This document shows, in pieces, positions 59,268 through 64,000 of a DNA stretch of 64,000 nt. The position numbers were made by a program, and so were the translations under genes. Each line of letters starts with the position of its first letter. The first letter of the stretch is position 1. Source of the stretch: Heteronotia binoei (lineage: Eukaryota). The notes under the pieces were generated by a model. That model worked only from the letters and a program-made list of their open reading frames with translations, was not told where the DNA came from and searched no databases. The stretch is taken from contig NC_083240.1 of the NCBI RefSeq assembly GCF_032191835.1, positions 13,764,001 to 13,828,000 of the forward strand, in the 5' to 3' direction.

Positions 59268-59472
59268 AGCCAGCATGATGTAGTAGTTAAGAGCAGCAGA
59301 CTCTGCTCTGGAGGACCAGGTTTGATTCCCCGCTCCTCCACATGCAGCTGCTGGGTGACCTTGGGCCAGTTACAGTTCTCTCTGAGCCCTCTCAGCTCCC
59401 CCTACCCCACAAGGTACCTGTTGCAGGGAGAGGAAGGGAAAGGTGATTGTAAGCTGCTTAGAGACTCCTGAA
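59268..59472 (+). mobile_element. tRNA-derived SINE related to the Squam3-like family
   Basis: Head GATGTAGTAGTTAAGAGC...GGTTTGATTCCCC; body CCTCTCAGC...GATTGTAAGC. Confidence 0.7.
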
Positions 59473-59659
59473 AGCAAGGTAGGAACACCTACTCTTCTAT
59501 TTTTTTTTAAAAAAAATGATATCCTAGCTTTCTCACAACAAGTAATTTTTTTGGGGGGGGGGGAGGACACAGAACACAAGTCTCAGGAGACAAATAAAGG
59601 AATCTGTCAGCAGGTTACAAGACAGCAAACAGATAAATGTTGACTCGGTGGTGGAAAGT

Positions 59660-59830
59660 TTTAGGCCAGAAATTATTAGGAAAGAGGTTGAAAACAGACA
59701 TTATTGCAACATTCTTGTATAAATATATAGTGCAGCTGCACCACTGCCTCTTAAAAAGGATGCTGCAGGGCTGGAAAAGGTGCAGAAAAGAGCAACCAAG
59801 AATGACTAAGAGAGCAGGCATTTCCATGCA
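59660..59830 (+). mobile_element. Degenerate CR1 reverse transcriptase fragment
   Basis: 59753-59803 translates KKDAAGLEKVQKRATKN, matching the CR1 ORF2 motif LEKVQKRATK. Confidence 0.7.
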
Positions 59831-60021
59831 AGGAAAGGCTAAAGAGTGCAGCCAGCAGGGGGGGGGGGTGGCGGGGGTGGCGGGAAGGTTTTCAATGTAG
59901 AGAAAAGGTGATGAAGTGGGGGTAAATGTGACAGAGGTTCATAAAATGTCCTGACCTGGATAGCCCAGGCTAGTTCGATCTCATCAGATCACATAAGCTA
60001 AGCAGGATGGGCTGTGATCAG

Positions 60022-60489
60022 TAGGGTTGCCAATCCCCAGGTGGGGGCAAGGGATTCCCTGGTTTGGAGGCCCTCCTCCCACTTCAGGGTCATCAGAAAG
60101 GGGGGGGGGATGTCTGCTGAGCACTCCATTATTCCTTATGGAGACCGATTCCTATAGGGTATAATGGAGAATTGACCCACAGGTATCTGGGGCTTGGGGG
60201 GCGCTGTTTTTTGAGGTAGAGGCACCACATTTGCAGCATATGCCTCTCCTCAAAACACCCTCCAAGTTTCAAAAGGATTGGACCAGGGGGTCTAATTTTA
60301 TGAGCTCCAAAAGAAGGTGCCCCTATCCGTCATTATTTCCAATGGAAGGAAGGCATTAAAAGGTGTGCTGTCCCTTTAAACGTGATGGCCAGAACTCCCT
60401 TTGGAGTTCAGCTGTGCTTGTCACAACCTTGCTCCTGGCTCCACCCCCAAACTCCCCAGATATTTCTTGAATTTGACCTGACAGCCCTA
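60022..60489. mobile_element. hAT-type element, long TAGGGTTGCCA family, adjoining a 5S-SINE head (59951-60010)
   Basis: Collinear (reverse) with 36254-36763. Confidence 0.8.
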
Positions 60490-61468
60490 ATCACAGTTCA
60501 CAACGTAGTTACGGCCACTAATATAGACTGCTTTAAAGCAGGGAATCAGACAAATGCAGGGAGTCTCGGCCCACCCATGGCTATTAGGCATGCTAACTAA
60601 ATGGAGCCTCCATGTTCAGAGACAATGGGCTTCTGAATATCAGTTGCTTGGGAGCAACCAGAAGAGGAGGCCTCAGTCTCCGGGTTCTGCCTGCTGGCCT
60701 TTCAGAATGCTGGATGAGATAGGCAGGTTGGGCCCGAAGGGTTCTTCTCCTTATCTTCTAAACCCAGCAGGCGAAAATGAGGCTGCAGAGAAACAGGACT
60801 ATCATTCTCAGCCCAGCGGGGCGTCACTGAGATAAACCGTCAAAATCAGCAGAAAGGACGCAGCTACCACACTCTCAGTCCAGCCCCCCACCCCACCCCC
60901 AGTGATGGAATTTCATAAAATTTAGCAGAGAAGAGGCCAGACCTACGTCTCAGAGGAGCAGGTTTACCAGTTGCCCACAATCTCTCTCACCTCTGGGCTC
61001 CGCTCCAATATTTCCTTGATGGAGCAGGGGGAGGGGAAAAATGGGAGGGGGAAATGGAATGGACACTGTGGTGTGATTTCTGGGTGAGCATCACAGAGAT
61101 GTCTTTAGCACAGGGACTGGAGGAAATTCCTAGAATGTTTGTGGAAGCCATGAAATCGCTCCTGCATGCTCCTCTGGAAGTGATGTCACCCGTCCTTTTT
61201 TTGCAGAAAAAGTCCAGCATGAACTCATTTGCATATTAGGCCACACCCCCTGTCACCAAGCCAGCCGGAACTGCGTTACTGTGCATTCCTGCTTAAAAAA
61301 AAAAACCTGGGTGTTACTACATCAGTTATCCTCCCTCTCCTTAGGCTCTGCCCTCCAAACAGAGGAAGGAAACGAGTGTCAGAGCCACCACCAAGAAGGC
61401 CCTGTGATAAGAACTTGCTCCCCTGACCTCTGAAGGCTCAAAATACAAAGCAGCTCAATTAATTGTTT

Positions 61469-61673
61469 GGGGAAGGGCTGTGGCTCACAGAAAGAGCCTC
61501 AGCTTTGCACATAGAAGGTCCCAGGTTCAGTCCCCGTCTTCTTAAAAGGACCAGGTAGTGGATGATGGGAAAGACCTCTGCCTGAACCCTGGAGAGCGGC
61601 TGCTAGTCTGAGTAGACAATACTGACCTTGATGGACCGAGGGTCTGATTCAGTAGAAGGCAGCTTCATGTGTT
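61469..61673 (+). mobile_element. tRNA-derived SINE (Squam2-like), diverged
   Basis: Body CCCTGGAGAGC.GCTGC.AGTCTGAGTAGACAATACTGAC matches 9387-9602. Confidence 0.75.
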
Positions 61674-62035
61674 ATCCATGAGTCATGATAGGGAACTGGA
61701 TAGCATGACCAGTCACAATGCACGGAGTCTAGTGTCTTAGAGAGCATATGATTTTTGGTAGTTCTCCCCTCCCCACTTGCTTGTTAAAAGATTTTTCCCC
61801 TCCTTTACAGTGTAATTCTAACCATATGTCAGAGCAGGAGTAATAAGCTGGCAGCCTCTGAGGCAGACCGTCCCCACCCAGATTTCTGTTTCTGGATCCA
61901 GTGCCTTCTCTCCCTGCTCCAGACAGAGGTCACAAGGTGGATCTCTGCTTCCTACCCAGGGACATCTGCACGGTAAGACATTTCACCGCTTGGAGAGGAG
62001 ACAGCATGCCGATGGAGTCACGAGTGCCGCTTTAT

Positions 62036-62490
62036 GCGGTTGTAGAGGTTAAGAGCGGTGGACTCTAAGCAGAAGAACCAGGTTTGATTCCCCAGTCCTC
62101 TACTTGCAGCCAGCTGGGTGACCTTGGGCCAGTCACAGTTATCTCAGAGGAGCCTAGGGTTGACAGGTCTGCGTTGGAAAATACCTGAAGATGTTGGGAG
62201 GGGTGGAGCCAGGAGGGGGCGGGGTTTGGGAAGAAAGGGGCCTCAGCATGATACAATGCCATTCAGCCCACCTTTCAAAGCAGCCATTTTCTCCAGGGGA
62301 GCTGATCACTGCTGGCTGGAGATCAGTTGTAAAAGCAGGAAATATCCAGGCCCCACCTGGAGGCTGGCAACCCTAGCAGCCCCACCTACCTCACACGTTG
62401 TCTCTTGTGAGGAAAGGAAGGGAAAGGTGATTGTAAGCCACTTGGAGGTGCCTTGGGGTGCTAAAAAGTGGGGTATAAAACCAACTTCTA
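62036..62490 (+). mobile_element. SINE split by a TAGGGTTGCCA-family MITE (62155-62375)
   Basis: SINE head 62036-62154; tail resumes GCCCCACCTACCTCAC at 62376. Confidence 0.7.
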
Positions 62491-63403
62491 TTTTTATTTT
62501 TATTTACTTGGCAACTGTCTGTCCTGTCAGCAACAGAGGAATCACCACAGCTACACTGAGGTGACCATTTTTGTTTCTGCATTTCACACACAAAAAGGAA
62601 GCATGCGGTTTATTTTCACCCATTTCAATTGTTCTCCTCTCTGTTTCAATGCCATGGGTGTGCTCTATGCTGTTTATACGGAATGGATGCAAAAATGAAT
62701 GTTGACCAAAAAAATGCATTCATTTAGAAGCATTCATTGCGAGGAAAAAAAGAAACAGATGCAGGCAGAAACAACATCCAAATGAATTCAGTCTGGACCC
62801 GGGAGCTGAACCTTAGAGACCAAGATTTTCAAGGGATAAGCTTTTGAGAATCAAAACAGGTGCATTTGAATCGAACCAGATGGCTTTGGAAAGCTGGTCT
62901 CCATCCTGGGAAGCGTCACTGTGGAAGCTCACACAGGAAGCCTCTGGAGTAAGGATGGCAGCCTCCAGGTGGGACCTGGGGATCCCCTGGAATTACAGCT
63001 CTTTTCCAGACTCCAGTTGCCCTGAAGAACATGGATGCTTTGGAGGGTGGGCTTTATGGCACTGTACCCCACCGAAGTCCCTGACGTCTTCAGGAATAAC
63101 AAGTTAAGTTTCTGAGGTTTACAGAATTACACCTCTATCTCTAATTTTGGCATATCTATTTGCTTAACTGTTCCCCTCCCCCCGCCCCCCAAAAATTAAA
63201 TCCAAAACAATGGTGACTTTATAAACTTAGCTTGCTATTCTTGTTTGTTATCCGTTAAAACATTTTCATGTGGCTCTTTTACACATATTGTGTGGCTCTT
63301 AAAGTCCTCACTGCCCCTTTGCCCAGGTTGGAGAAGGCATTTAAAGTTGCTTTCTTTCCATCTCTCTCCCCCATCCATTTTATTTTCCTTCCTCCCACAT
63401 ATA

Positions 63404-63406
63404 ATA

Positions 63407-63441
<35 letters not shown>
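63404..63441. repeat. (GAT)n microsatellite forming the tail of an L2-like 3' fragment
   Basis: About 12 GAT units followed by TTTATACCCCGCCCTCCCCGCC...GGCTCAG. Confidence 0.9.
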
Positions 63442-64000
63442 AATGTTTTTATTTATACCCCGCCCTCCCCGCCAAGGCAGGCTCAGTGCTGAGTGTTCAT
63501 GTCTTGTGGCTCTCAAACATCTGATCTGAGGTTTATTCTTTGTGGCTTTTATGTGAAGCAAATGTGGCCACCCCTACCCTAGTTCGACCAAAAGCTGAAG
63601 CTCACAAAAAATGTGGTGCAAATCTGCTTTGCCGGATCAGAGAGACTTCCGCAGGCCTGGTGTCGCCCTTTTGTGCCTGCGTTGTGTCTCTTGCCTTCAC
63701 TTGCCAGATACTTTTAACTAGGAACGGGAATGGCTTGGCAGCTGTCAGGATCGCGGAGTTCTTGGCTTCTTCCCTACCTCGCGGCCGCTTCCTGCCCACA
63801 AACAATTCTAGGAAATGTCATTGGGGGAAAAGTTTGAGGGAGAAAAAACAGACGCTCTTTAACTCAGGCTGCCTGGAAGTCACAAGGCGGGGGAATCGCG
63901 ATAGGAAAATAAGAGATTTGCTGGGAAAGCAAAAGTTTGAGCAGAAATCCCCAGGACCTTTTACTTTCACTTTCAGAGCTGTTGAGCTTCGTGGCCGCGG

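Noticed and set aside
60741-60770. Minus-strand peptide LLGLEDKEKN as exon 1 of a fourth HES5
   Set aside because: No ATG, no splice donor after it, no promoter module and no bHLH exon nearby; a chance match.
60987-61220. 77 aa ORF as an exon of a flanking gene
   Set aside because: It starts inside a MITE, and I see no recognisable homology or convincing splice sites.
63235-63561. Poly-Ile, poly-Met and poly-Asp ORFs
   Set aside because: Translations of the (GAT)n microsatellite inside repeats.

Overview
Vertebrate genomic DNA, most likely a squamate reptile and plausibly a gecko, judged from Sauria SINEs, Squam-type tRNA SINEs, a 5S-derived SINE, CR1, Penelope and hAT/Harbinger MITEs. The window holds a cluster of three intact 3-exon HES5 paralogues (bHLH-Orange-WRPW Notch effectors): two on the minus strand (CDS 1454-2636 and 13415-15637) and one on the plus strand (43061-44338). 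They sit in dense, often nested transposon debris with two 198-N gaps. The most notable unexplained structure is a dispersed family of five paralogous ~60-90 bp non-coding modules (GGCACRC / SOX-like / TGTGGGAA, four with a cryptic partner site). Their spacing mirrors the core of the three HES5 promoters, each of which has a strong plus cryptic RBPJ pair exactly 16 nt apart. Also found: a core-intact minimal hammerhead ribozyme in a Penelope remnant, a CpG-rich 1.33 kb Harbinger element whose empty site can be rebuilt from in-window sequence, and a 166 bp apparent templated duplication. Nearly all other ORFs in the six-frame track are repeat-derived or unrecognisable. All alignments were made by eye; repeat boundaries are approximate and family names are from recall, not from a database search.
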